A model generated the notes under the pieces. The model was not told the origin of the DNA. It saw only the letters and a program-made list of their open reading frames with translations, and made no database searches. The position numbers and the translations under genes were made by a program. From assembly GCA_013166775.1 (NCBI GenBank), contig JABLTJ010000003.1, positions 1 to 64,000 on the forward strand: 64,000 bases of DNA, written 5' to 3'. Source of the stretch: Promethearchaeati archaeon. Its GTDB lineage: Archaea > Asgardarchaeota > Heimdallarchaeia > Heimdallarchaeales > Heimdallarchaeaceae. Positions 30,532 to 40,502 of the stretch are shown piece by piece; the first letter of the stretch is position 1; every line of letters starts with the position of its first letter.

Positions 30532-31386
30532 CTACTTATGATTATTCACAATCTCCTCTTTCTTCAAAATATGGAAACATTTGATACCATCTGTTTCTTT
30601 CTCAACAATAAAATCTGTCGCTTTATAACCTTTATCGAAGTATGTTTCAAAAGCTTTTCGAGTCTCTTTTCTCCAGTGAATCAGTGTCTTTTTGTCTTTC
30701 TTTATCAATTCATTAAAATTTGAAGGTATTTCGATTAACATATATTGTGAATTTAGTTCTAAGCGTGCTTTCTTAACAACTAGTTTGTTATTATCTATTT
30801 GAGTATCGAATACTTTACAATTACTTGAATGAATGAAATGTGAAAAATCCCCGTTTTTCCCTTGAACTCTTTCTTCAACATGTTTTGATCTGATATACCA
30901 ATTACTGTAAAATCGATCTGAATCTATTCCTTTGTTGAGAATATCCGTCATCTCTCCCCAATAATTCCTTTTGTAATTACTACATACTACTCCCAGCTTG
31001 TGAAGATTCAGATAGCAATTTTTTGATTGTAGAGGATCGAAAGTCCAGTTAATTAGATTATAGCCTTGTTTAATCGCCCAATCTCTCTGAACTAGTTTAA
31101 GTTGAAATCCTATACCTTGATTTTGATATTCCTTGCGGACAGCATTATGATGAGAATAAATGAAGAGACCATAAGGATCCTTATTTCCAACCCACCCCCA
31201 ACAATAACCGACAACTTCTTCACTTTTATAAGCTCCAATTACAACTCCTCCACTCTTTAATGTAGCATAGATTAATCTCTTCGGAACTAATTCTCTAGCA
31301 GGCATCCCCCAAGCATCTTCTTGTATATCTTCAAGAATATCATATTCAGAGAAATCCAGCATCTCCTTATATTCAAGAATAGTCAT
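30532..31386 (-). CDS. GNAT succinyl/acetyltransferase of the NSAR-associated family
   Basis: YSHHNAVRKEYQNQGIG..LK..QR, WTFDPLQSKN..LNL.KLG, SDRF; lies directly upstream of the NSAR gene. Confidence 0.82.
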   Translation of the reverse strand: MTILEYKEMLDFSEYDILEDIQEDAWGMPARELVPKRLIYATLKSGGVVIGAYKSEEVVGYCWGWVGNKDPYGLFIYSHHNAVRKEYQNQGIGFQLKLVQRDWAIKQGYNLINWTFDPLQSKNCYLNLHKLGVVCSNYKRNYWGEMTDILNKGIDSDRFYSNWYIRSKHVEERVQGKNGDFSHFIHSSNCKVFDTQIDNNKLVVKKARLELNSQYMLIEIPSNFNELIKKDKKTLIHWRKETRKAFETYFDKGYKATDFIVEKETDGIKCFHILKKEEIVNNHK

Positions 31387-31468
31387 TGGTTTAACTGATT
31401 TTTTGGGTGATAAAAATATTTTCCAATAAACTATATTATTTGAAAAACATTGAAAAATAGAGATAAAA

Positions 31469-32758
31469 TTATTCTCCGAAAGTAATAGAAAGTACTTCTG
31501 GATTAGTTAGTAGCTCGAAGGAGACTGATGTAAAGGCAACTGCAAGACTTCTGGGAGTGAATCCATCATCCTTTGTTTTTTCTTGTAAGATGCTTGTAAG
31601 CTTGTGCTTTATTGCTTTCTTAGTTTCTTCCATGAAAATATCTGGATCGTCAATAAATTTAGTAAATTGTTCAATTTCGATTATTGGTAAAGACATTTGG
31701 GGATATTCCTCAAAAACCTCAAACCAAATGTCGAATAAATACCTCAAATAATGTTGTTGCTCATCCAGATCCTTTTTACCGAATTCATTTACAGCTTTCC
31801 AATCCAAAATCATTTCAATATTGCTTTCAATTTGCATTTTCCATGATTCATCAATTTCTTTTCCTAATTTCAATCTCTTGAGCAAAGAATCTTGGAAAAT
31901 TCTTAGGACTTTTTCTATTCTACCTTGAATGAAAGCAGGTTGAGTAGAAATCTCTTCCTCTGGTTCTAGTCTTTTGATTTCCTCTTTATGGATTGCTGGA
32001 CTAGCTTCTACAACCCCTATTAAAGATTGATCTAATTGAGTTAAATAAGGTTCTATAAGAACAATATTAATCATATCATAAAGAATATCCTCTCCTTTGG
32101 AAATAGGATATTTTGAGATTATTTTAGCATATAATTTTCCAGCAGATTCTGCACTCTCTATACTCTCACTTTGTTCAAGAGAGAATTCTATAAAGTATGC
32201 AAAGATTGCAGATAAGAATCTCATATCAATTTCAAACTCTCCAACTTCAAAATGAAGATTCGCTTCAGATATTGCTGGAGAGAAATTTCTTTGAATCAAT
32301 GTAGTTTCAATCACATCTCTTTGAATTCCCATTCTTCTAAGATCTACAAAATTCTGAACTATAATCTCTGTGGATTTTTTAGCTGATTTTAGAATGTTTA
32401 TAAAAGAAGCAAGCAATCCTACGAATTCATCATCAGTACATGACATTTTTTTATCTGTCGCATTTAACAGACTAGAAATATCATCTGCAAAGAAATGAGG
32501 TTCATAATTTTTCAATATATCTTCTGTTATTATAATACCATATATGGACAAAGCCATATCTTTCTTATGAGGTGATAAAAAACCAATTTCAGTTTTTAGT
32601 TTTTGACGTATTTCATTAAGAAAGGTTGGTTGAGTTCTCACGAATTGTTTGATTTTTGAATCTAATTTTGAATACATATTTCGGAATTCACCAATTATAT
32701 CCACAACATCTTTAGGTATGTATTTTATCTCAGTACTATCTCTTACTTCTTCACTCAT
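31469..32758 (-). CDS. Hypothetical helical protein
   Basis: Long ORF. Likely ATG at 32758 overlaps the upstream stop and follows GAGGTG. Confidence 0.6.
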   Translation of the reverse strand: MSEEVRDSTEIKYIPKDVVDIIGEFRNMYSKLDSKIKQFVRTQPTFLNEIRQKLKTEIGFLSPHKKDMALSIYGIIITEDILKNYEPHFFADDISSLLNATDKKMSCTDDEFVGLLASFINILKSAKKSTEIIVQNFVDLRRMGIQRDVIETTLIQRNFSPAISEANLHFEVGEFEIDMRFLSAIFAYFIEFSLEQSESIESAESAGKLYAKIISKYPISKGEDILYDMINIVLIEPYLTQLDQSLIGVVEASPAIHKEEIKRLEPEEEISTQPAFIQGRIEKVLRIFQDSLLKRLKLGKEIDESWKMQIESNIEMILDWKAVNEFGKKDLDEQQHYLRYLFDIWFEVFEEYPQMSLPIIEIEQFTKFIDDPDIFMEETKKAIKHKLTSILQEKTKDDGFTPRSLAVAFTSVSFELLTNPEVLSITFGE

Positions 32759-33974
32759 TTCCTGCACCTCTATTTTCGATTGCATGAGTATCCTTAAGGG
32801 ATGGATATTTTTCGATATATTTAATTTTAACAAATGGAGTAACTTTCCAATTCTCTAAATCAGTTTTCTTAATTGTTTCTTCCCAAGCAGTTTGATTTGT
32901 TAGATTTGCGTAGATAGCATTCATTATTTTGTTAAGAGATTCTGCTGATATTAAACGAGTATCATTATATCTTGTATCCGAAATGAAGCCAAAAACCATT
33001 AGTTCATCAGATTCTTGTTTTTTATAACCTATTGTTAAGTCTATTATATCACTAGTTGCTTTTACCTGGTATTTAACCTTTGTAGGTATTGTGATTAAAT
33101 TCTGCAGCTTTAGTGCAGAAAATTGACTGATCGAAGATATTAAATCCTTTGGAATTTCAGAGTTTTGTAGATATTTGAATAATCTTGATGGAGATTCAAC
33201 GTTATTCTCTCCTACTATTTCCACTAAATCTTCTGGGTAGCCAAAAGAAATTTCTTCCAAATTCAAATCTGGAGAGATTAAAACTAAATCTCCCCCACAT
33301 TCACATCTTACTCCCTCTGGAGTCGAATCTTTGGAATAAATCTTCTGACATTCTCCAATGCATTTCATTCTATCCTTAATTATTTGAGCTCTAACCAAAA
33401 ACGCAGATGTTATCACAGGAGTAATTTCAGAATCTTCCCTCTTCCCTCTTAAACTACCTTCTTCTAATATTTGCCAATTATAGAATTTGGATAATTTTTC
33501 TAGATTCCTTTTAAGTTCAATTTTCTGATTTATATCAGCAATAATTTCAGTTTCCTTTTGAAATTCAGTTCTTCTAAAAACACCTATTAATGATTGAGTT
33601 AAAGATAGGATTTCTTCGTTTGTTTCCTCCAAATTTAAATCTACAAAAGGTCCAATAATAATATTTAGAAGAGTAAAATCCCGAACACTATTTCTAAGAA
33701 TGTAAATTTTATTGTTTATCTCTTCCTCAATTTTATCTACATTAACAAAGGAGTATCTAGACGCTTTGAAGAGAATTTGTGTTTCTGAAAAAATGTTCTT
33801 AATATTGAGCTTTTCTAGATCCATCTCTCTTTTTGCTTTTACAGTGTCATCTGGAACTAGCTTTTCCCCCCCCATTATGTCGATTATATGTGTATTTGTG
33901 TCTAATTCCTTTTGAGGATAGCTAATTAGAAATAAACTAAGAGTATTATCTTTTAATTGATTCTCATTTTCCAT
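32751..33974 (-). CDS. Hypothetical protein with internal zinc-ribbon
   Basis: 407-aa ORF with CIGEC...CECGG and a GGAG RBS. Confidence 0.6.
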   Translation of the reverse strand: MENENQLKDNTLSLFLISYPQKELDTNTHIIDIMGGEKLVPDDTVKAKREMDLEKLNIKNIFSETQILFKASRYSFVNVDKIEEEINNKIYILRNSVRDFTLLNIIIGPFVDLNLEETNEEILSLTQSLIGVFRRTEFQKETEIIADINQKIELKRNLEKLSKFYNWQILEEGSLRGKREDSEITPVITSAFLVRAQIIKDRMKCIGECQKIYSKDSTPEGVRCECGGDLVLISPDLNLEEISFGYPEDLVEIVGENNVESPSRLFKYLQNSEIPKDLISSISQFSALKLQNLITIPTKVKYQVKATSDIIDLTIGYKKQESDELMVFGFISDTRYNDTRLISAESLNKIMNAIYANLTNQTAWEETIKKTDLENWKVTPFVKIKYIEKYPSLKDTHAIENRGAGNE

Positions 33975-34107
33975 CTTACAAACTCCTTTTTTCTCGAGTT
34001 TATAACATTAATTCCCATTAATACTAACAAATGAACATATATTAAGATATATTTCAATTTTTACATAATTCTCAAAAAAAATTACTCACAACTAATATTT
34101 TTCATTT

Positions 34108-34623
34108 TTATTGATTTTCTTGTTCAATCGCTATTTCAGCCATTTTTTTGAATAGAGGAAATAGATTAACGTTATCTTTCGCAGAAACTTCAAAATACAA
34201 AGTATTTAGTTTTCCAGCGTATTTCTCAGCATCCTCTATTGAAACTTTTCTTCCGGTTATTAGATCATTTTTATTCCCAACTAAAACTATTGGAATATCT
34301 CCAATTCCCTTTTTTAAGGTTTCAAGCCAAAAATCTAATCTATCAAAGCTCTCTTGGCTAGTGATGTCGAATACTATTGCAGCTGCTAATGAACCTTGAA
34401 AGTATGTAGGTAAAACTGGGAGAAACCTTTCTTGAGATCCTGAATCAGCTATAATGAGTTTTATTTCTTCACCTTCAAAAATAGTATTCCAAATAAGAAA
34501 ATTAGCACCTAAGGTTGGCTGGTGAACAGGTGGAAAGGAATTTTGAGCCTGTCTTAGTGCGATGGAAGTTTTTCCAACACCAGGATCACCACATAAAGAT
34601 ATCTTATAATTCTTTGGTGCCAT
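34108..34623 (-). CDS. Rab-like small GTPase
   Basis: G1 GDPGVGKTS, G2 PTLGANF, G3 variant DSGSQERF, G4 GNKND, G5 EVSAK; no C-terminal prenylation cysteines. Confidence 0.92.
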   Translation of the reverse strand: MAPKNYKISLCGDPGVGKTSIALRQAQNSFPPVHQPTLGANFLIWNTIFEGEEIKLIIADSGSQERFLPVLPTYFQGSLAAAIVFDITSQESFDRLDFWLETLKKGIGDIPIVLVGNKNDLITGRKVSIEDAEKYAGKLNTLYFEVSAKDNVNLFPLFKKMAEIAIEQENQ

Positions 34624-34739
34624 ATTGATTAACATCTCGTTTTCATCTGTTTTAAAGGCTTGTTATAAGGTAAAAAAATAAGCACAATTCTGCATGAAAA
34701 ATAATTTATAATAATCAAGACAATGCTTCTTGAGAAGCA

Positions 34740-34925
34740 ATGGGAAACGAAGATCAATGCGGAGATTATGTTGTCTATATGACTGATGATGGATGGTGGG
34801 AAGTCAGAAATTCCAAAACTGGGATAATTATCGGAAAATTTCAGAAAAAGAATGATGCAATAGAAAAAATTGCATTGATTCTTCAAGACGATGAAGATAG
34901 GTTAGAATCAGAATCTGTATGCTGA
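34740..34925 (+). CDS. Small protein directly upstream of a radical SAM/SPASM gene
   Basis: 61-aa ORF whose last codons overlap the ATG of the rSAM gene (ATGCTGA). Confidence 0.55.
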   Translation: MGNEDQCGDYVVYMTDDGWWEVRNSKTGIIIGKFQKKNDAIEKIALILQDDEDRLESESVC

Positions 34926-36364
34926 AAATGATGGGGAAAATGAGTAGAAAATTATTTTTTTATAAAACAATCAGTGAAAATATGATATTAGATCCAACTT
35001 CTCAGCTCATTTGGAAATTAAATGGAACTCTAAAATCATTAGAGAAAATAGATGAAGGTAAATATACTCTTTTAGATTTCTGTAAAATAATTCAAGAAAT
35101 CGATAACGATGAATCAAGGGAAATACTTTCGGGTCTTACAAAACTAAATTCTTTTGGTTTCTTTCAAGATAAAGAAACAAAAGTGAAAAAAATCTCTTCA
35201 AACGATTTTCATCATATTGTTATTAATCCTACAACAGAGTGTAATCTTGATTGCTGGTATTGCTATTCAAAAGAATTCAGAAAGTATAATTCAGAAGAAA
35301 TCAGCTTAGAAGAAATGGAAAAAACTATCTTGTATTTTGCTGATAGAAAAAAGGAAAATCAAAGTAAAAGTCCACTGTCTATTTCACTCTTTTTGTCAAG
35401 TGAAATAACTCTTAATTTTCATGTTTTTCTTAAAATTAAAGTGTTTATTGAGAAAATTAAAAGCAATTATTCTTTTGATATATTCCTCTTTCCTCCTCCA
35501 ACTAATTTAATGGAAATTGATCAGAGTTTTGTTGATTATATCAATGATTATGGATTTTTAACTGTCTCAGTTGACTATAGCAATAGCAACCAGATTCAAA
35601 AAATACTGGAAAATGTAGAAGCTTTTGACGATAAAATAATCAAACATTGTATAGTACCTTTGCATTCTGGAATGAATGATCTGGTTGAAGTTTACAAAAG
35701 ATTTATGGAAGTTTTTGATTATGTATCTCTTAGACCAGTAAGAGTAGGTGAAAACTCAAAGTTTCCGTGGGGAACAGATTCATCACAATTTGTTGATAAT
35801 GAATTAAATGTGCTGTGTAATCAACTCATTGAAATGGAAGATGAAGAGTTAATTAAATTCCTTCTATCTTTAGGACCATCAGATTATTTCAGAAGATATA
35901 TACAACGTGTAATTTCAAGAAGTAAATTATTAAACCGGTGTTCTGCAGGAATTAAAGCTCTAGCTGTTGGACCCGATTCAAAATTTTATCCATGTTCAGG
36001 TTTTGTAGGTAGGAAAAATTTCGTATTAGGCACCATAAAAACTGGAGTAAATATAGATTTAATATCTAAATATCAGAACCGTTTCGATTCAAATACTCTA
36101 TGTAGAGATTGTTCAATAAAATACTACTGTGGAGGATTCTGTGAAGATTGGAAACATGTGATGGGAAAGAAACAAGAAAGCCAACAAACAGAATGTAATA
36201 TCAACCATGCTTTCTTCAAAAATAGTTCCTCTTTTGTCATCAAATTACTAGAAAAGAAACCCTATATTCTTACAACTTTTGTAAAAGAAAATGGGATAGA
36301 CTCTAAGTTGTCTTATCCTTTGAATTTTGATGATTTTGTTTCTTTTTTCTCAGCTACTAACTAA
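34919..36364 (+). CDS. Radical SAM enzyme with SPASM domain
   Basis: CNLDCWYC (CX3CX2C); SPASM CSAG...FYPC...CRDC...YYCGGFC...C. Confidence 0.88.
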   Translation: MLKMMGKMSRKLFFYKTISENMILDPTSQLIWKLNGTLKSLEKIDEGKYTLLDFCKIIQEIDNDESREILSGLTKLNSFGFFQDKETKVKKISSNDFHHIVINPTTECNLDCWYCYSKEFRKYNSEEISLEEMEKTILYFADRKKENQSKSPLSISLFLSSEITLNFHVFLKIKVFIEKIKSNYSFDIFLFPPPTNLMEIDQSFVDYINDYGFLTVSVDYSNSNQIQKILENVEAFDDKIIKHCIVPLHSGMNDLVEVYKRFMEVFDYVSLRPVRVGENSKFPWGTDSSQFVDNELNVLCNQLIEMEDEELIKFLLSLGPSDYFRRYIQRVISRSKLLNRCSAGIKALAVGPDSKFYPCSGFVGRKNFVLGTIKTGVNIDLISKYQNRFDSNTLCRDCSIKYYCGGFCEDWKHVMGKKQESQQTECNINHAFFKNSSSFVIKLLEKKPYILTTFVKENGIDSKLSYPLNFDDFVSFFSATN

Positions 36365-36765
36365 ATCAACCATGGGAATAGAGTAGGAAAGTCTGACCCA
36401 CCGAAATAAGTAATAGTGAATAGTGTCATTATTACCATGAAAACCCAACTAAGAAGGAACCATAGTAATAGAGTACCTGTAGCGGCAGCTACAGATCTCC
36501 TTTCCGAAATGCCTCCAAGAAGCACCCATAAGCCCCAACAAATAAGGAAGAAGAGTATTCCATAAACAATTGTTACTGCACTTCCCAATACAAGAAGTGG
36601 GAGACCAAAAACCCAGATTAATGAACAAATTGCAGCCATAATTAAGTTTATCCAGCTCCATTTGCTCGCTTCTCGTCTAAACATGATTGATGATATTATA
36701 GCTGCGGCGATGTAAAAGAAAACTATGTTAATCAATATTACTACAATTTGCTGAACAGCAGCCAT
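36361..36765 (-). CDS. Small integral membrane protein (about 4 TM)
   Basis: Four hydrophobic segments. Confidence 0.65.
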   Translation of the reverse strand: MAAVQQIVVILINIVFFYIAAAIISSIMFRREASKWSWINLIMAAICSLIWVFGLPLLVLGSAVTIVYGILFFLICWGLWVLLGGISERRSVAAATGTLLLWFLLSWVFMVIMTLFTITYFGGSDFPTLFPWLI

Positions 36766-36845
36766 GAAATTGCTTTGAAATTTCGAATAAATAAAAGTTT
36801 CCCAAAGATACGTAACATTAACAAATGTGAAATTCTATATTTATA

Positions 36846-37982
36846 TTGATGATCTTTTCCGAAGATAAAAAAGAAGAACAGAAGAATTGTTCATTTTGTA
36901 AGGCAGAAAAGATTGTAGCTTCCGCTCTATCGGTTTGTAAAGAATGTTTAGTAAACAATTTTGAAGAAACTAAATCTTATGTGAAGGAAGCTCATAAAAT
37001 TGCTCGAACTAGACTCAATCTTCCAATTTCGGCTCCCTCCGATGGTCAAAACAAATGTACCTTATGCCACCATAATTGTATAATTGGTAAAAATGATGTT
37101 AGTTTCTGTGGTTTGCGATATAACAAAGATGGAAAATTTATCTCCATGGTTAGCAAAGAAATTGGAGTACTTGACTATTATCTTGATCCCTTACCTTGCA
37201 ATTGTTGTGCTGCTTGGTTTTGTCCCGCCGGAACTGGAGCTGGATATCCTGAGTTTGCAGCAAAGAAAGGTAAAGAAATAAGTCATCATAATCTGTCCAT
37301 TTTCTTCTACGGATGCTCATTCAATTGTCTATTTTGCCAAAATCAAAGCCATAAAAGTGTAAAAGTGGGTTCCAAAATATCTGCAGAAAGACTTATTGAA
37401 GTTTATAAGCAAAATAAGAGCATTACTTGCGTTTGCTTTTTTGGTGGATCTCCTGAACCTCAGTTTAATTTTGCTTTACATCTTTCAGAAAAAATACTTG
37501 AAGTTGCTAAGAAAGAGAAACGAATAGCAAGAATATGTTGGGAATGGAATGGTTTTGGAAATAGAAATTTAGTTAAGAAAGCTGCTGAATTATCTTTAAA
37601 ATCTGGTGGAAATATTAAGTTTGACTTAAAAGCTTGGAATCCATATGTTCATGAGGCTTTGACTGGTGTTAAGAACGAGGAAGTTTTGAAAAATTTTGAA
37701 TTCGTTGGGAAAGAGTTTTTCACTCAACGTCAAGACCTACCTGTTTTGAACGCAGCTACTTTGCTGGTACCAGGTTATGTTAATGAGGATGAAGTAGAAA
37801 ATATTGCTGCGTTTATTGCATCAATTAATGAAGATATTCCGTACTCACTGCTTGGATTTTATCCCCATTTTTGGTTCAATGACATGTCCTTAACATCAAG
37901 AAAGCAAGCTGAGAGATGTTTTAATGTAGCGAAAAAATATCTTAATCATGTTAATATAGGTAATAAACATCTTTTGGTTTAG
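36846..37982 (+). CDS. Radical SAM protein, PFL-activase/AmrS-like
   Basis: GCSFNCLFCQN, FFGGSP, FDLKA, LLVPG, F.PHF, and an N-terminal Cys-rich region. Confidence 0.85.
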   Translation: MMIFSEDKKEEQKNCSFCKAEKIVASALSVCKECLVNNFEETKSYVKEAHKIARTRLNLPISAPSDGQNKCTLCHHNCIIGKNDVSFCGLRYNKDGKFISMVSKEIGVLDYYLDPLPCNCCAAWFCPAGTGAGYPEFAAKKGKEISHHNLSIFFYGCSFNCLFCQNQSHKSVKVGSKISAERLIEVYKQNKSITCVCFFGGSPEPQFNFALHLSEKILEVAKKEKRIARICWEWNGFGNRNLVKKAAELSLKSGGNIKFDLKAWNPYVHEALTGVKNEEVLKNFEFVGKEFFTQRQDLPVLNAATLLVPGYVNEDEVENIAAFIASINEDIPYSLLGFYPHFWFNDMSLTSRKQAERCFNVAKKYLNHVNIGNKHLLV

Positions 37983-38362
37983 AGATCGATTTTATAAAAA
38001 TGGCTTAAGCAAGATTTTTTGCAATCACTATTTCCAAAACCAATAATTGGAATAAGTTCCTTAAATTTCTCAAGCTTTCTGGAGATTAAACATTCCGATT
38101 TTTCATTAGGAAAAATAACAACACCGTAAAATGTGCAGTTTTCAGTACATGTGACTTGATCGATGTGCCAGTGCTGTTTCTTGCTTCTTCGGAGGTGTCG
38201 ATGAATTCTAGATGAAAGACCTCCTGCACCAAAAGCACTACCTACATAAATGTAGAATCCTGTTTGAAGTGTAAGAATCCTTTCTTTTAATCTAATTTCC
38301 AAGTTATTTGTTAATTCCAAATAGAGAAGATAGGTACCATAAAGGTCTTGTGTGAATTCAAG
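37979..38362 (-). CDS. GIY-YIG (Uri superfamily, DUF123) endonuclease
   Basis: GTYLL (upstream of the ORF-track start 38320), GFYIYVGSA, RIHRH, HWHID, EC, GFGNSDC...SH. Start codon uncertain. Confidence 0.85.
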   Translation of the reverse strand, partial: LEFTQDLYGTYLLYLELTNNLEIRLKERILTLQTGFYIYVGSAFGAGGLSSRIHRHLRRSKKQHWHIDQVTCTENCTFYGVVIFPNEKSECLISRKLEKFKELIPIIGFGNSDCKKSCLSHFYKIDL

Positions 38363-38382
38363 AACTGCTCCTCGTAGAATAT

Positions 38383-39417
38383 CTATCCCTCTTCTAGTTT
38401 AGAAGCTCTTTCCCAGCTACTTAATGCTTTTTCCATATCACCTAAATCTTCATAGATATCTCCAATCATTTGGAAGAGTTTACTGCTCTCTGGATTATAT
38501 CTAAGTGATTGTTGTAAAAACGTTACTGCTCTATCATAATCTTTTGAAGCCCAGTATAATGATGCTAGGGAGAGAGATGCATCTTCAAAACTGGGATCAC
38601 GCTTTAAACATTCTTCATAATTTGTAATCGACTCTGCTATATTTGCATCTGCTGCATAGATTTTTGCTAGATAATAATACCCTAATACATTGTCAGGATC
38701 AATTTCCAAAACCTTACCAAAAGCCTGAATAGCATGAGCAAAATCCTGCTTTGCTTCATATGTTTTTCCTAATTGGAACCATGCTGGAATACTGGAAGGA
38801 TTTGCAACTGATGCTTTCCTGAAATACTCTTCCGCTCGATCAAAATTATCTAGATCAAAATAGACTTCTCCTATTTGTACTAGCAATTTTACATTTGTTG
38901 GTGCTAGTTCCTCAGCTCTCATCAATTTATTCCAACATTCAATTTCGTTCCCCATTTTTTGATAGATGGAAGCAAGTAAGCTTAGTACTAAAGCATCTTC
39001 CTCATAATCAAGATAATTCATCAAAGATTGTGTAGCTTTGACGTATTCACCAGTTTGATAATACAGTTCCCCTAATTTAAACCAAATATTGAACCTTTTA
39101 GAATCTGCTTCAGTGACCTTCTTCCAGGAAATTTCTGCTACTTCATAGTTCATAAGAGCAAAATACGTGTCACCCATCAATTCCAAAGTATCTAGATTTT
39201 CTGGTGCTAGCTCCAATGCTTTTTGCAGATAATTTAGAGAAGTATGAGGATTGTCCATCATGAGATATAACTCACTTAGACTGTTGAAAATCTCATAATA
39301 TTCTTCAAATTCAGACATTCTTTCCTCAATTCTATCTATTGCCTCTTGGATACTGTTCTCAATGATTAAATCTTCTATCATGTGAAGTAATTCTGCTAGC
39401 TGAGGATTTTTAGACAT
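38383..39417 (-). CDS. TPR-repeat protein
   Basis: About nine consecutive TPR units. Confidence 0.88.
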   Translation of the reverse strand: MSKNPQLAELLHMIEDLIIENSIQEAIDRIEERMSEFEEYYEIFNSLSELYLMMDNPHTSLNYLQKALELAPENLDTLELMGDTYFALMNYEVAEISWKKVTEADSKRFNIWFKLGELYYQTGEYVKATQSLMNYLDYEEDALVLSLLASIYQKMGNEIECWNKLMRAEELAPTNVKLLVQIGEVYFDLDNFDRAEEYFRKASVANPSSIPAWFQLGKTYEAKQDFAHAIQAFGKVLEIDPDNVLGYYYLAKIYAADANIAESITNYEECLKRDPSFEDASLSLASLYWASKDYDRAVTFLQQSLRYNPESSKLFQMIGDIYEDLGDMEKALSSWERASKLEEG

Positions 39418-39524
39418 TATGAATTTATCTCAGTCTAATCCTTAATAATATTTTGTAAATAAACTACTACTACTGCGAGAATTAAGAAAGAGTTTAAATT
39501 ATACGAAGTTTAAAACTAAGATTG

Positions 39525-40421
39525 ATGTTCCAAGTTATTACTCGTCGTGATGATAACATTGGGTATCATATCTATCTATCTGACATTCCTATTGAGTTGT
39601 TAGATGATTCAATTGTTTTTATGCCAGAATTATCTACCAAGGAACATCATCATGTTAAATATGTGTCAAAATACACTCATAAATCTGGTAATATAATAGT
39701 AAAGCTAGTAAGAAGCGATGGAGAGGATCCCTTTGGAAGACCTAAATCATTATCTCATAGCTTTGTGGTTACCTCTGAAGAATATAATTTTAATTCCTTG
39801 AAATATTATTCTTCTCCATTGGTTGAATCAAATCTCTTTGATAATGTGGATACTGAACCTAGATTATTAGATCTGAACAATTTCAAAAAATCAGAAAACA
39901 AGATTCTTGAGAAAATTGATATGAAAAAATTAAGAGAGATAATTGTCGCTGCTATGGTTGAACAGAAAGTAGTTTTACAACCAAATTTAGAGTCTGATGA
40001 TTTAATTAGTTTAGCAAGCTTAATCGACAAAGCAATACCATATGAAGCTTCATACGATTTTTCATTGATAACATACTCTGATAAAAGCTGTAATCAATTT
40101 CTGATTCATAATATTCTGTACTTCTTCTCAAGAGAAAATAAGATTCAAGAAGGAATAGATGTTAAAAACATAAGTACTAGAGTAAAGGAAATTGCTAAAG
40201 AAGAGAAGGAATATTTGGACAACTATATTGAAATAATAATCCATGAGGATTATGAAAAACTTCTGCAAGAACATGCAAAATGGGTGATTGGGATGAATTA
40301 TAATGATCACAAAGAATTACAAAAACATTTTACAAGAAGATATCAGCTCGATATACCCTTCTCAAGAAGAAATAAGTTTCATGCTCAACTTGTGAAGTCT
40401 TTATCTGTTTTTTATACATAA
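39525..40421 (+). CDS. GAP1-N2/GAP1-M (DENN-like) domain protein
   Basis: GEDPFGRPKSLSHSFVV and IP......FSLITY resemble the GAP1-N2 D-x2-GR...H and GAP1-M P...F.TY motifs. Confidence 0.4.
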   Translation: MFQVITRRDDNIGYHIYLSDIPIELLDDSIVFMPELSTKEHHHVKYVSKYTHKSGNIIVKLVRSDGEDPFGRPKSLSHSFVVTSEEYNFNSLKYYSSPLVESNLFDNVDTEPRLLDLNNFKKSENKILEKIDMKKLREIIVAAMVEQKVVLQPNLESDDLISLASLIDKAIPYEASYDFSLITYSDKSCNQFLIHNILYFFSRENKIQEGIDVKNISTRVKEIAKEEKEYLDNYIEIIIHEDYEKLLQEHAKWVIGMNYNDHKELQKHFTRRYQLDIPFSRRNKFHAQLVKSLSVFYT

Positions 40422-40502
40422 CAATTCAGTTTTAAAGCTGATTGGGAAGTTTTATAATTGTTTTACCTTCCTTTTAGATAGAATTTGGATTAAGTGTAAA
40501 AA

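Noticed and set aside
34629-34886. 85-aa minus-strand ORF upstream of the Rab-like gene
   Set aside because: No motif; overlaps the more plausible plus-strand small ORF and the AT-rich promoter region.
37979-38362. Homing endonuclease / mobile element
   Set aside because: DUF123 proteins are stand-alone archaeal genes; no intron, intein or terminal repeats were seen.
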